NCBI GenBank assembly: GCA_964354025.1
Contig: CAYGXQ010000005.1
Coordinates: 3,366-67,365, forward strand
Direction of reading: 5' to 3'
Source of the DNA: an uncultured Gammaproteobacteria bacterium
Lineage (GTDB): Bacteria; Patescibacteriota; Microgenomatia; 2-02-FULL-39-11
DNA length: 64,000 nt
Both the position numbers and the translations under genes were made by a program. Shown piece after piece: positions 53,654 through 61,744 of this stretch (its first letter is position 1; the number at the start of each line of letters is the position of its first letter). The notes beneath the pieces are model-generated. The model worked only from the letters and a program-made list of their open reading frames with translations, ran no database searches and had not been told where the DNA came from.

Positions 53654-54976
53654 TTATAAGTCCGCGAGTATTCTGAAATATTCAGAGATGACCGGCCCGA
53701 TAAATCCGGCTAATTTTTCCTGTCCTGCCCGGATAACTTTCCCGTGATCAACCTCAAAACTTCCTCCTCCGGCTCTCGGATCAACCAAATCTGTGGCTGC
53801 CACAATGGCTAAATACGGCAATCGTCTGTCAAATGGAGTTGAAGAAGGCTTGGACATCTGGTGATAGGCGGCAAGTTCCGGAGCCGTACCCATACCATGG
53901 GCTATCGCAATAGGCGTATTTGGAAATCTTCTATCTTCAACTGGTGTTTGAACCTCTAATTCCTGTATCTGCCGTGCAACTACCCTTGCCAAAGCCCAAT
54001 CAGCAGCATCCTCAAAACTTGGTGGTTTATGACAGTCAAAAAGAAACGCCAAATGTCTTGAGGGTTGTGGGTCTTCCGGCCGATAAGCGGCATTAGCATT
54101 AATTAACGATTCAAATAAATTAATCAAACTCTGATCAGATGTCCTGTCTGCACCCGTCTGGAATGGCCCCCCGAAAACAGAACCCAACAGCGTCTGGTCA
54201 CCGCAACCCGGATCTGTTCTGGATATTCTGCCGACTAGATCATCATTTAAGACAACATATCCTATATCTCCGATTTGGGGACGGGCAATTCCTTCTCCTT
54301 CCACCGCATCCATGCCTGAAGCGAAAGTGGTAAAAACTGATTCTACTCCCAAACCTTTCAATACTCTGGGCACTAAAGCCAGACTGTGTTGTGGCCATGG
54401 AGACCCTTCTATCGAATAATCATGTTCCCGGCCTTCCCAGACTAAAACAGTAGCTTTATTCCCACTCCCACGCTTTCCCGTGACTTCATAGACATGCATT
54501 TTCCCTCCGGTATGACCGGCCACAGTAGGTTTGGCCAGATAAGCAAGCGGTTGCTCACCATATGCCAGTTCAAATACTTTCCGCAATCCCTCACCCTCTT
54601 TCGGTAATGGAAATCCGGTACCCGGCTGGTAGGATAAAATCCGCTCCGGTAATTTATGTTGTATCAAAGCTGCTTTTATCCCCAAAGTCATCTCACACAC
54701 CTGTTCAAGATGGACATACTGAGCAACCATATCCATTTTCCTTTTCCCCTGAATCGTCATCCATTCTCCGGCAGAAATTCCATGTTGTCTTAGCCTTTGC
54801 AATTCATCATAATCTACTCCATTTTCTCGTAAGGTAAGTGATGATCTGTCCAATACCCCGCAAACCATATTAAGAATAGGCTTAAGCTTCTTCATTCCTT
54901 CAGCGTCAAGCGGTGCAGTAGGAGAAATGTCTAGGGAATGTCTCACATTAGAGGTAGCTATTGTTTCTGTATGCAT
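53654..54976 (-). CDS. Hypothetical protein (440 aa), GC-richer than its surroundings
   Basis: Long ORF; composition differs by eye from the flanking AT-rich TA genes. Confidence 0.55.
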   Translation of the reverse strand: MHTETIATSNVRHSLDISPTAPLDAEGMKKLKPILNMVCGVLDRSSLTLRENGVDYDELQRLRQHGISAGEWMTIQGKRKMDMVAQYVHLEQVCEMTLGIKAALIQHKLPERILSYQPGTGFPLPKEGEGLRKVFELAYGEQPLAYLAKPTVAGHTGGKMHVYEVTGKRGSGNKATVLVWEGREHDYSIEGSPWPQHSLALVPRVLKGLGVESVFTTFASGMDAVEGEGIARPQIGDIGYVVLNDDLVGRISRTDPGCGDQTLLGSVFGGPFQTGADRTSDQSLINLFESLINANAAYRPEDPQPSRHLAFLFDCHKPPSFEDAADWALARVVARQIQELEVQTPVEDRRFPNTPIAIAHGMGTAPELAAYHQMSKPSSTPFDRRLPYLAIVAATDLVDPRAGGGSFEVDHGKVIRAGQEKLAGFIGPVISEYFRILADL

Positions 54977-55043
54977 ATATTTGGATTTTGTATTAATTGA
55001 GGCAGGCGGTAAGAATTATACTTAACCAATTATCATAATGCAA

Positions 55044-55107
55044 CGCTATCCTCGCCGCCATCGTCATCGCCCTCATCTCCAGTATCCTCAACGTGATCTT
55101 CCAGTAA
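55044..55107 (+). repeat. Duplicated 3' end of the holin-family gene (last ~18 codons plus stop), near-identical to 52880-52943
   Basis: 54 nt identical (gccgccatcgtcatcgccctcatctccagtatcctcaacgtgatcttccagtaa), plus a similar 10 nt before it. Confidence 0.75.
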
Positions 55108-55179
55108 TATATGCTATTTCTTATCCGGCCGGACAGATGATAACATATATTGACAATCTCGGGGATTAAATATTGTTAA

Positions 55180-55404
55180 TCACGTCATTAATTTATATTC
55201 TTCCGGGTCTAAATTAATATCTCTTAATATTTTTCTCAAAAGTCCTCTTCCTATTTCTTCTCCTTTATGCATAGGTACTACTGTTTCTCTTCCGTCTGGA
55301 TGTTGAAGAATCAGATGACTGCCTTTTTGTCTTACAGGAATAAATCCGAGTTTATGCAGTATTTTGAGCAATTTAATTGCCTTAACTGGGGATAATTTAG
55401 GCAT
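55180..55404 (-). CDS. hicA: HicA mRNA-interferase toxin
   Basis: KGSHLILQHPDGRETVVPMHKGEEIGRGLLRKIL pattern. Confidence 0.75.
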   Translation of the reverse strand: MPKLSPVKAIKLLKILHKLGFIPVRQKGSHLILQHPDGRETVVPMHKGEEIGRGLLRKILRDINLDPEEYKLMT

Positions 55405-55654
55405 ATTGGATTTTTATATCCTCTATCCCGAAGAAGTTGATCATTGATTGCGGAGACTTGATTTTTTCCTTCTTTAATTCCTTGTGAACTTCCAGATACA
55501 AATCTATCGCCTCTTTTATCCTATCCCGTACTTTTTCCAGCGTCTTGGCTTGGGTATGACAACCGGGTAACTCAGGCACTGAAGCAATATAATATCCATC
55601 TTCATCCTGTTCTAAAAGTATTTTAAATTGTAAATAATTATTGGATTTTGACAT
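55397..55654 (-). CDS. hicB: HicB-like antitoxin
   Basis: EQDEDGYYIASVPELPGCHTQAKTLEKV pattern; 8 nt overlap with hicA. Confidence 0.7.
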   Translation of the reverse strand: MSKSNNYLQFKILLEQDEDGYYIASVPELPGCHTQAKTLEKVRDRIKEAIDLYLEVHKELKKEKIKSPQSMINFFGIEDIKIQYA

Positions 55655-55708
55655 ATAGGGAATTATAGCATATTAATTCTAATAAATGGCAACTCTGAGG
55701 ATCGAACC

Positions 55709-55796
55709 ATTCCATGTCTCCTCCTTCGGCATGGCCATCCTCGCCTCCATCGTCATCGCTATCCTCTCCAGCATCGTGAATGTGATTTTCCAGTAA
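55709..55796 (+). repeat. Second, diverged copy of the holin-gene 3' end (about 85 percent identity to 52856-52943)
   Basis: ttccatgtctcctccttcggcatggccatcctcgcctccatcgtcatcgctatcctctccagcatcgtgaatgtgattttccagtaa. Confidence 0.7.
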
Positions 55797-55997
55797 TGGA
55801 TTTCCTGTGTGGATTGTATATATAGGCCTATATCTTTTTTGATTTTTATGGTATAATCCTCATCACTATAAGGTATTCTCTCAAATCCGTTCTTCAAGCG
55901 ATCTGATCTTGGTGGAATATCTTATTTTTTTGCTCTTTAAAAAGACAGCAAGCCGTACCGCAGGAAACCGGAATAGAAGGTAGTAATACTTTATGCC

Positions 55998-56078
55998 GTC
56001 ATTGCGAGCAAAACGAAGTGAAGCGAAGCAATCTCTTATAAATTTAGATTGCCGCGTCGCTACGCTCCTCGCAATGAC
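55998..56078. mobile_element. MITE-like element, second full copy (TIR GTCATTGCGA / TCGCAATGAC)
   Basis: TIRs at 55998-56007 and 56069-56078; internal gaagcaatc..agattgcc as in the 37851-37944 copy. Confidence 0.6.
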
Positions 56079-56262
56079 AATGAAGAAGGTTTTTATATAA
56101 GTTCTAAACTTACTATCTCCTACTTCGGTTTTCTGCGTGTAATATTACCCCTTAAAGGAGAAAGGGTGTGGTCACCAAATTTAAACCACAACGCAACGAT
56201 ACTAAAAAGTCGCAATCACCGAATGCGGCTATACAAAAATCCGAAAAGAGAAAGAGGAAAAA

Positions 56263-56793
56263 ATGAGAACGCGACAAATCGTGAGTCTGCTTGTCTTGGT
56301 TTTGGTCGTCGTTGCCAGCCTTGTCACGTCGGAATCTACGTGTGCCCAAAGTCTGGCGTGCGATGCCGACGTGAATAACGACGGCGTTGTGAATATCTTT
56401 GACCTAGCCATCGTCGCCGACAATTTCGGCACCACGACTAGCGACGGGCGCTTTGACGGGGACGTCAACGGCGATGGCATTGTGAACATCTACGATCTCA
56501 CCGTTGTGGCAGGCCAATTTGGCCATATTTGCCAAGGGCTCGAGTTGTTCGACGTCAAAATTGACGAGCCTTTTAACGTCCTGATCGACGGAAATTGGAA
56601 GTACGTCTGGATTAATTCCGGTCACCAGGGGCGCACTAATGTCCAGGGAACCAACTTGGTGACTGAAGAGATTGGGCCGGATCAGTATCGGGTCACCAAT
56701 TTCGAACGACAATGGTTCGATATCTTGTACCTGGGAGGTGGAAAATTTCGTATAGTCACCGACAATTGGCTGATACACGTCCCTCCCCAATAG
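56263..56793 (+). CDS. Secreted dockerin-domain protein
   Basis: Signal peptide; two dockerin Ca-binding repeats DVNNDGVVNIFDLAIVADNFG and DVNGDGIVNIYDLTVVAGQFG. Confidence 0.7.
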   Translation: MRTRQIVSLLVLVLVVVASLVTSESTCAQSLACDADVNNDGVVNIFDLAIVADNFGTTTSDGRFDGDVNGDGIVNIYDLTVVAGQFGHICQGLELFDVKIDEPFNVLIDGNWKYVWINSGHQGRTNVQGTNLVTEEIGPDQYRVTNFERQWFDILYLGGGKFRIVTDNWLIHVPPQ

Positions 56794-56805
56794 GTGTGGT
56801 CCCCC

Positions 56806-56847
56806 GGGAATCCCGCACCGCACTTATGTGCGGGATCCCTTTTGGGG
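56806..56847 (+). terminator. Rho-independent terminator-like hairpin after the dockerin gene
   Basis: gggaatcccgcac...gtgcgggatccc stem followed by ttttgggg. Confidence 0.55.
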
Positions 56848-57028
56848 AATGCAGCGTTACACCCACACTTGGTGTGTAAAGCTGCCCTTTTGGGGAAGAA
56901 TTCGGCTGAAAAAGTCGATAAAAATCCCGTTTCGCGGGACCAAATTTATCCTTTTTCGCCTGTCGGCTTGCTGTCTTTCCCATTATTCTCTCTACAATTA
57001 TCAACCCCGAAGATTGTCCACTCCCGCC

Positions 57029-57331
57029 TCAAAGTTCAATTCTGATTTTACCCAAGGCAAAACGGTGCAAGAGGGTGGAAATTAATGTCTGGTAAGGCAG
57101 CATATTCTCCGCGGCTTTTGCCCTAATAGCAACCAAATCACGGCTATTTAACCTAATACTGACCCTTTTGTCTTTTTTGGCTGCTGATTGAAAGATTTTT
57201 GTGATCCTTGCTTTTTCTGCCTCCATATTTTTTACCTGTTTATATTCTCCGCGTTCTATGGCGTCATTTATTTCCTTCTCTTCCGGATCAAGTTTAAGAT
57301 TGGCAAACGGATCGAATTTCTTATAATTCAT
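57029..57331 (-). CDS. brnA: BrnA-like antitoxin (pair 3)
   Basis: C-terminal VSIRLNSRDLVAIRAKAAENMLPYQTLISTLLHRFA. Confidence 0.65.
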   Translation of the reverse strand: MNYKKFDPFANLKLDPEEKEINDAIERGEYKQVKNMEAEKARITKIFQSAAKKDKRVSIRLNSRDLVAIRAKAAENMLPYQTLISTLLHRFALGKIRIEL

Positions 57332-57615
57332 ACTGTCTTCTCCTTCCTTTTAATAAATAACTTTGTATATTTTCTGCTGGGAAATGCCGTCTTTAAAAAG
57401 ATCTTTTCCTCATCTTCCGTAAACGGTACGGCATAAGCGTAGTTATCTATCTTTATAATAAACAATTTCTGCCCCGGATAACGTTTCTGATTTGGATTAT
57501 CAACGATGGCTAACATGTTTCCCCTATTTATTGCCTTCTTAACCGCTTCAAAAGAAACCCCGCGTTCCTTTTTCAACAATAGATTTTTTTCTTTACTGTA
57601 TTCAATTCTCTTCAC
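57328..57615 (-). CDS. brnT: BrnT-like toxin (pair 3)
   Basis: IEYSKEKNLLLKKERGVSFEAV...YAYAVPFTEDEEKIFLKTAFPSR; 4 nt overlap. Confidence 0.65.
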   Translation of the reverse strand: MKRIEYSKEKNLLLKKERGVSFEAVKKAINRGNMLAIVDNPNQKRYPGQKLFIIKIDNYAYAVPFTEDEEKIFLKTAFPSRKYTKLFIKRKEKTV

Positions 57616-57904
57616 TAATTCAGTATAAATAATTATACATCCAATGTCAATACATAGTCAACATAGAACCTACAACGAGCGTGTTTGGTGAATTGATGAT
57701 ATAATTGGCATAAAATGGAGAGGTCGCCTAGCACTGTATTTCGTTAATTTCGCGGCATTATCAGTGTTATGATAGATCGGTACAAAGGTTCAAAGAAAAA
57801 ACTTTATACCGTAATATTCACGAAATACAGTACTAGTGGTTTATGGCGGTAGGCTCACTCGTTTGAATAGTAACTCGAATTAATCCCGCTCTGCGGGAAA
57901 AACT

Positions 57905-57988
57905 GGAGGGTTCGCCTAATGGTATGGCACTAGTCTTGAAAACTAGCGGGAGAAATCCCTTGCAGGTTCGAATCCTGTACCCTCCGCC
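57905..57988 (+). tRNA. tRNA-Ser (anticodon TGA), type II with long variable arm
   Basis: Acceptor GGAGGGT/ACCCTCC; D arm GCC..GGC; anticodon stem CTAGT/ACTAG with loop CTTGAAA; variable arm cgggagaaatcccttg; T arm GCAGG-TTCGAAT-CCTGT; discriminator G. Confidence 0.7.
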
Positions 57989-58168
57989 GCGTAAGAACGT
58001 TGATTTTGCATTGCAAAATCTTACGTTCAACGCGGCTGTCGCGTTTAAATCGATGATTTATTACGCGACGCTGGTTGACTTATCCCAATTTCTCCAGAAT
58101 CTCTTTTCTCTTTTTGGAAAAAAAGTGGGGGTTTACGCCTATTTCCTTTACTTCTTTTATTTTCATAC

Positions 58169-58762
58169 TTATAAACCTAACTGTCCTTTGATCCTACTTA
58201 TTACTGCTTCTCTGTATTCATTACCATACCACTGCGGCAGATTCCACAAATCGGCAAAAATCTGCGCCGGAGGGGTCTTTTTATAAACGCGAAGAAACGG
58301 GTCCTGCTTCAAAATATAAATATTAGCCTCTTTTTTTATGTTTAGGGGAAACCGAGCCATAATCTCTTGCGGATTTAGGGAATAAAAATAGACCGTTTCA
58401 TAATCAGCCGGCATTTGGGAAGAATAAAATCTGACGGCCGAATAAGCTGTCGGTAAAACATCGGAGGGCATGGAAGCCTCAATGGCAAAAACCGTCATCG
58501 GATTATATGTCTTATAAACAATATCCCCGACGACGTCCCGCCTGGTGGCCCAAAAAAAGAGTAATCTATAGGCATCAACTACTTTAGAATTGTTTTTCCC
58601 CACCTGAACCATCCCGGCCTTTCTTAATGGATATAGAGCGTGGGAAACCATGCTAGTAGAAAGGCCGAATTTCTCCGCCAGTTCCGAAAGACGGAAATCC
58701 GCATTTTTCTCCTCTATCGACCGGTAAAGAAGCTCCCTCCAGATATATTCTATTTTATTCAT
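58169..58762 (-). CDS. Putative winged-helix transcriptional regulator
   Basis: N-terminal LSELAEKFGLSTSMVSHALYPLRKAGMV HTH-like segment. Confidence 0.45.
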   Translation of the reverse strand: MNKIEYIWRELLYRSIEEKNADFRLSELAEKFGLSTSMVSHALYPLRKAGMVQVGKNNSKVVDAYRLLFFWATRRDVVGDIVYKTYNPMTVFAIEASMPSDVLPTAYSAVRFYSSQMPADYETVYFYSLNPQEIMARFPLNIKKEANIYILKQDPFLRVYKKTPPAQIFADLWNLPQWYGNEYREAVISRIKGQLGL

Positions 58763-58841
58763 TTTCTATTTATATGAAAATTTATAACGGATATTTTCTA
58801 TTATAGTAGAAAATAGAGGAGTTTGTCAAATGAAAAAAGGG

Positions 58842-60917
58842 TTACATCTTCTCTACCGTTTCGATCCCGAGGATGAAAAGACCTCTTTTGATAAGGTTTG
58901 CCGTAGTTTGAGTCAGAACCAGACGGAAATCGGATTCCAATATCGTGTGTTTCTGGTAAAAGAGGCTGTAGCTTTGCGCCAGCTCAAAAAGATAAGCACA
59001 GAGAAGGTGCGGCGAGAAAGCCGCGGCCGCCTCGGCGACCACCTCCGGGAAGCGGTAGAAAAGACGGAGAAGTGATAACTCTTCAGTATTAGGTATTAGG
59101 TATTTGGTATTAAGTATTTTTTTGTTTTCTTCTTTTATACCTGATACCTGATACCTGATACCTGATACCTTCTCAGCTTTTCTCATCACGCTCATACACC
59201 TCGCGTAGGCATACATGAGGTACGGCCCGCTGTCGCCTTCGAAGGAAACTGACTTGCCGAAGTCGAAGACGATGTCATTGCCGATGTTGTTTTTGAGAAG
59301 GGCGTATCTGATGGCTCCGAGGGCCACTTTTTCCGCGATTTCTCCAATTTCGGTTCCCCCTTCTGCTTTTCTGTCTGTTTTTGCGATAATCTCCAAAACT
59401 CTTTTTTTAGCCTCCTCCAGAAGCCACTCGAAGGTGATGACGTTGCCCGAGCGCGAAGACATCTTGCCTTCCGGCAGCCTAACCATGCCGTGGGCGATGT
59501 GATAGGCTTTCTCCCCCAATTCCGGCTCGATCTTTTTCATGGCCGCCTTCACCACTTTGTAATATTCGTCTATTTCTTTACCGAAAACATTAATTGATAA
59601 ATCGTATTTGAAATCTTGATATTTGGCCATAGCCAATCCCAAGTCTTTAGCCTCATAGGTAGGCAGACCGAGTTTATTGACAAAAACCCTGGTATGCAGG
59701 CCGTCCTGTTCACCCCGGTAGACGACTCCCCCTTCGCTTTTTTCCAAAACGCCCAGCTTCAAACCCTTTTCCACCAGCTTCATCCCGTACTCGCCCACCC
59801 ACGACTCCGGATAATAGCCGTCGAACTTCGTTCCCAGCCTTTTGTAGATCGTCTCAAAATATTCCAGGCTCCACTTCAAACCTGCCCCGTAGACCTCCCT
59901 GACCTCCTCCAGACGGTCTTCTTTACCATGAACATACTGTTTATAGTCAATGATCGGCTGCCAGCCTTTGTCTTTCTTCAAAATCTCCTGCGCGGCCACG
60001 TAAATAAGGGAATTGATCTCCTTAACCTCTTCCGCAACCTTCTTATCCTCATCAAACTTTATCGTCCCCAAAGCATAACCTTCCCCAAGCAGTTTCTGCC
60101 TTTCGGATATGGGTAACTTCCCAAGCTCGTGAATGTATTTTCTTAATTCTTCTAAATATTCTTTCCCTTTCAGAATTTGTAATTTGTCATTTGTAATTTG
60201 TAATTTAGCTAAAAGTCCGTATAGACTTTTAGCGATATGCATCCCTACATCTCCGTAAAAATCTCCCCGCCAGACGGTTGCTCCGCAGGCTTCAAACAGC
60301 CTGGCGATAGCCTCGCCGATGAAGTTGGAATACATATGCCCGAGGTGAAACTCCTTAAAAGGGTTGGGGTCTGTATATTCAACGGCAATTTTCTTTCCCG
60401 TCATTTGGGCTGTTATGACCGGATATTTCATATCTAGCACTCTCTCCATCTGACTGATAATGCATGGGGTAGCCACAACCAGATTTAAGAAGCCACAGCC
60501 TGCAATTGATACATTCTCCAGGATACTTTTTGGAGAAATAGTCAGATCCGAAGGTACATAACTATCAGCTTTAACTGCTATCGTTTGATCTTGTCCTATA
60601 TATTCATCTATTTTTCGTTTTAGCTTCTCCGCCAACTCAATCGGCTTCATTTTTAGTCTTTTAGCCATGATCATGGCGATATTAGAAGAATAGTCCCCAT
60701 AACCTTTATTTATAGGATGTTCGATAAAAATAGCGGAAAAAGGGATTTTTTCGCCTGTTTCCCCCAAAACCTCCCCTACGGCCTGGCGGATGACGCACCG
60801 CAGCTGGAAAGCAAGAGAGTGCGGATCATCGGTGATGATCTTGGGGAATTTCCTTTCTGTTCTCGGATCAATGGCAAATTTCATAATATATCCTGACACG
60901 CTGGGTGACTTTCTCAA
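58842..60917 (-). CDS. argS: Arginine--tRNA ligase (class I)
   Basis: VEYTDPNPFKEFHLGHMYSNFIGEAIARL (HIGH region) and KMSSRSGNVITF (KMSKS region). Long, at 691 aa, with an in-frame heptamer tract at 60174-60206. Confidence 0.9.
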   Translation of the reverse strand: MRKSPSVSGYIMKFAIDPRTERKFPKIITDDPHSLAFQLRCVIRQAVGEVLGETGEKIPFSAIFIEHPINKGYGDYSSNIAMIMAKRLKMKPIELAEKLKRKIDEYIGQDQTIAVKADSYVPSDLTISPKSILENVSIAGCGFLNLVVATPCIISQMERVLDMKYPVITAQMTGKKIAVEYTDPNPFKEFHLGHMYSNFIGEAIARLFEACGATVWRGDFYGDVGMHIAKSLYGLLAKLQITNDKLQILKGKEYLEELRKYIHELGKLPISERQKLLGEGYALGTIKFDEDKKVAEEVKEINSLIYVAAQEILKKDKGWQPIIDYKQYVHGKEDRLEEVREVYGAGLKWSLEYFETIYKRLGTKFDGYYPESWVGEYGMKLVEKGLKLGVLEKSEGGVVYRGEQDGLHTRVFVNKLGLPTYEAKDLGLAMAKYQDFKYDLSINVFGKEIDEYYKVVKAAMKKIEPELGEKAYHIAHGMVRLPEGKMSSRSGNVITFEWLLEEAKKRVLEIIAKTDRKAEGGTEIGEIAEKVALGAIRYALLKNNIGNDIVFDFGKSVSFEGDSGPYLMYAYARCMSVMRKAEKVSGIRYQVSGIKEENKKILNTKYLIPNTEELSLLRLFYRFPEVVAEAAAAFSPHLLCAYLFELAQSYSLFYQKHTILESDFRLVLTQTTANLIKRGLFILGIETVEKM

Positions 60918-61000
60918 GTATACAATATTCGTCCTCTTTGTGAATAGAAGAAAAGAGACGAGCCTTAATAAAGGAATTTAGAGGAACTTAGGGGAACTTA

Positions 61001-61744
61001 ATGCGGAAATGTAGTACACTGGTTTCAATGGGAAAATTATTAAAGCCCAAGTTTAGCTTGAGGCTGACTCTCTTTCTTCTTGTTTGCCTGATTATATCAA
61101 TCTTTCTCAATATTTTCCTGATTTACCAAAATCTCGAAAGAAGCCGGGTGACGAGGGTTGTCGACGGAGATAGTCTGGAACTTTCCGACGGGCGGAGAAT
61201 AAGACTATTAGGACTTGACGCGCCGGAGAAAGGAAGGTGCATGGGGACGGAGGCTCGGGAACGATTGAAGGCCTTGGCGGCAAACAGGTTTGTCCGCCTG
61301 AAAGACGAAGTAACTGACGATTACGGCCGGATATTGGCTAATGTCATCCTCCATCCTACTCTCTATGAGTGGCGGGAATACCTTTGGCAACGGTTTATAG
61401 TCAAAAGCGAATCTTTGAAGACTCCCTTCCTAAACGGAACAATGGTGATGGAAGGTTTGGCAAGATTTAATAGCGTCGCCAGCCCCTATAAAGAAATCCT
61501 CACTCAAGCGCAGGAGAAGGCTAGACGGGAGAAACGCGGCATCTGGAGCGAGGCTTGCCGGCAAACTACTCCTGAAACGGATTGTTTGATTAAGGGAAAC
61601 ATAAGGGCGGAAGAGAAAATTTACCACTTGCCGGATTGCCCCAACTACCCGGAAGTAATCATTGATCAGTCTTTCGGCGACCAATGGTTTTGCACCGAAG
61701 AGGAAGCAGCATCTCAAGGATTTCGGAAAGCGCAGGGGTGCTAA
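61001..61744 (+). CDS. Thermonuclease (SNase-like) family protein with N-terminal TM
   Basis: RVVDGDSLELSDGRRIRLLGLDAPE motif; C-terminal KIYHLPDCPNY...WFCTEEEAASQGFRKA tail common in this family. Confidence 0.8.
   Translation: MRKCSTLVSMGKLLKPKFSLRLTLFLLVCLIISIFLNIFLIYQNLERSRVTRVVDGDSLELSDGRRIRLLGLDAPEKGRCMGTEARERLKALAANRFVRLKDEVTDDYGRILANVILHPTLYEWREYLWQRFIVKSESLKTPFLNGTMVMEGLARFNSVASPYKEILTQAQEKARREKRGIWSEACRQTTPETDCLIKGNIRAEEKIYHLPDCPNYPEVIIDQSFGDQWFCTEEEAASQGFRKAQGC

Noticed and set aside
53654-54976. Assignment of the 440 aa GC-rich protein to a nucleoside phosphorylase or similar enzyme family
   Set aside because: No diagnostic motif could be matched by eye; left as hypothetical.
55687-55708. 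tRNA gene fragment next to the distal holin-end copy
   Set aside because: Only the T-loop / acceptor-3'-like string ggttcgatcctcagagttgcca is present with no pairing 5' half. Noted inside the holin finding as a weak hint, not called as a feature.
57833-58030. Minus-strand 65 aa ORF
   Set aside because: Overlaps the tRNA-Ser gene on the opposite strand; spurious.
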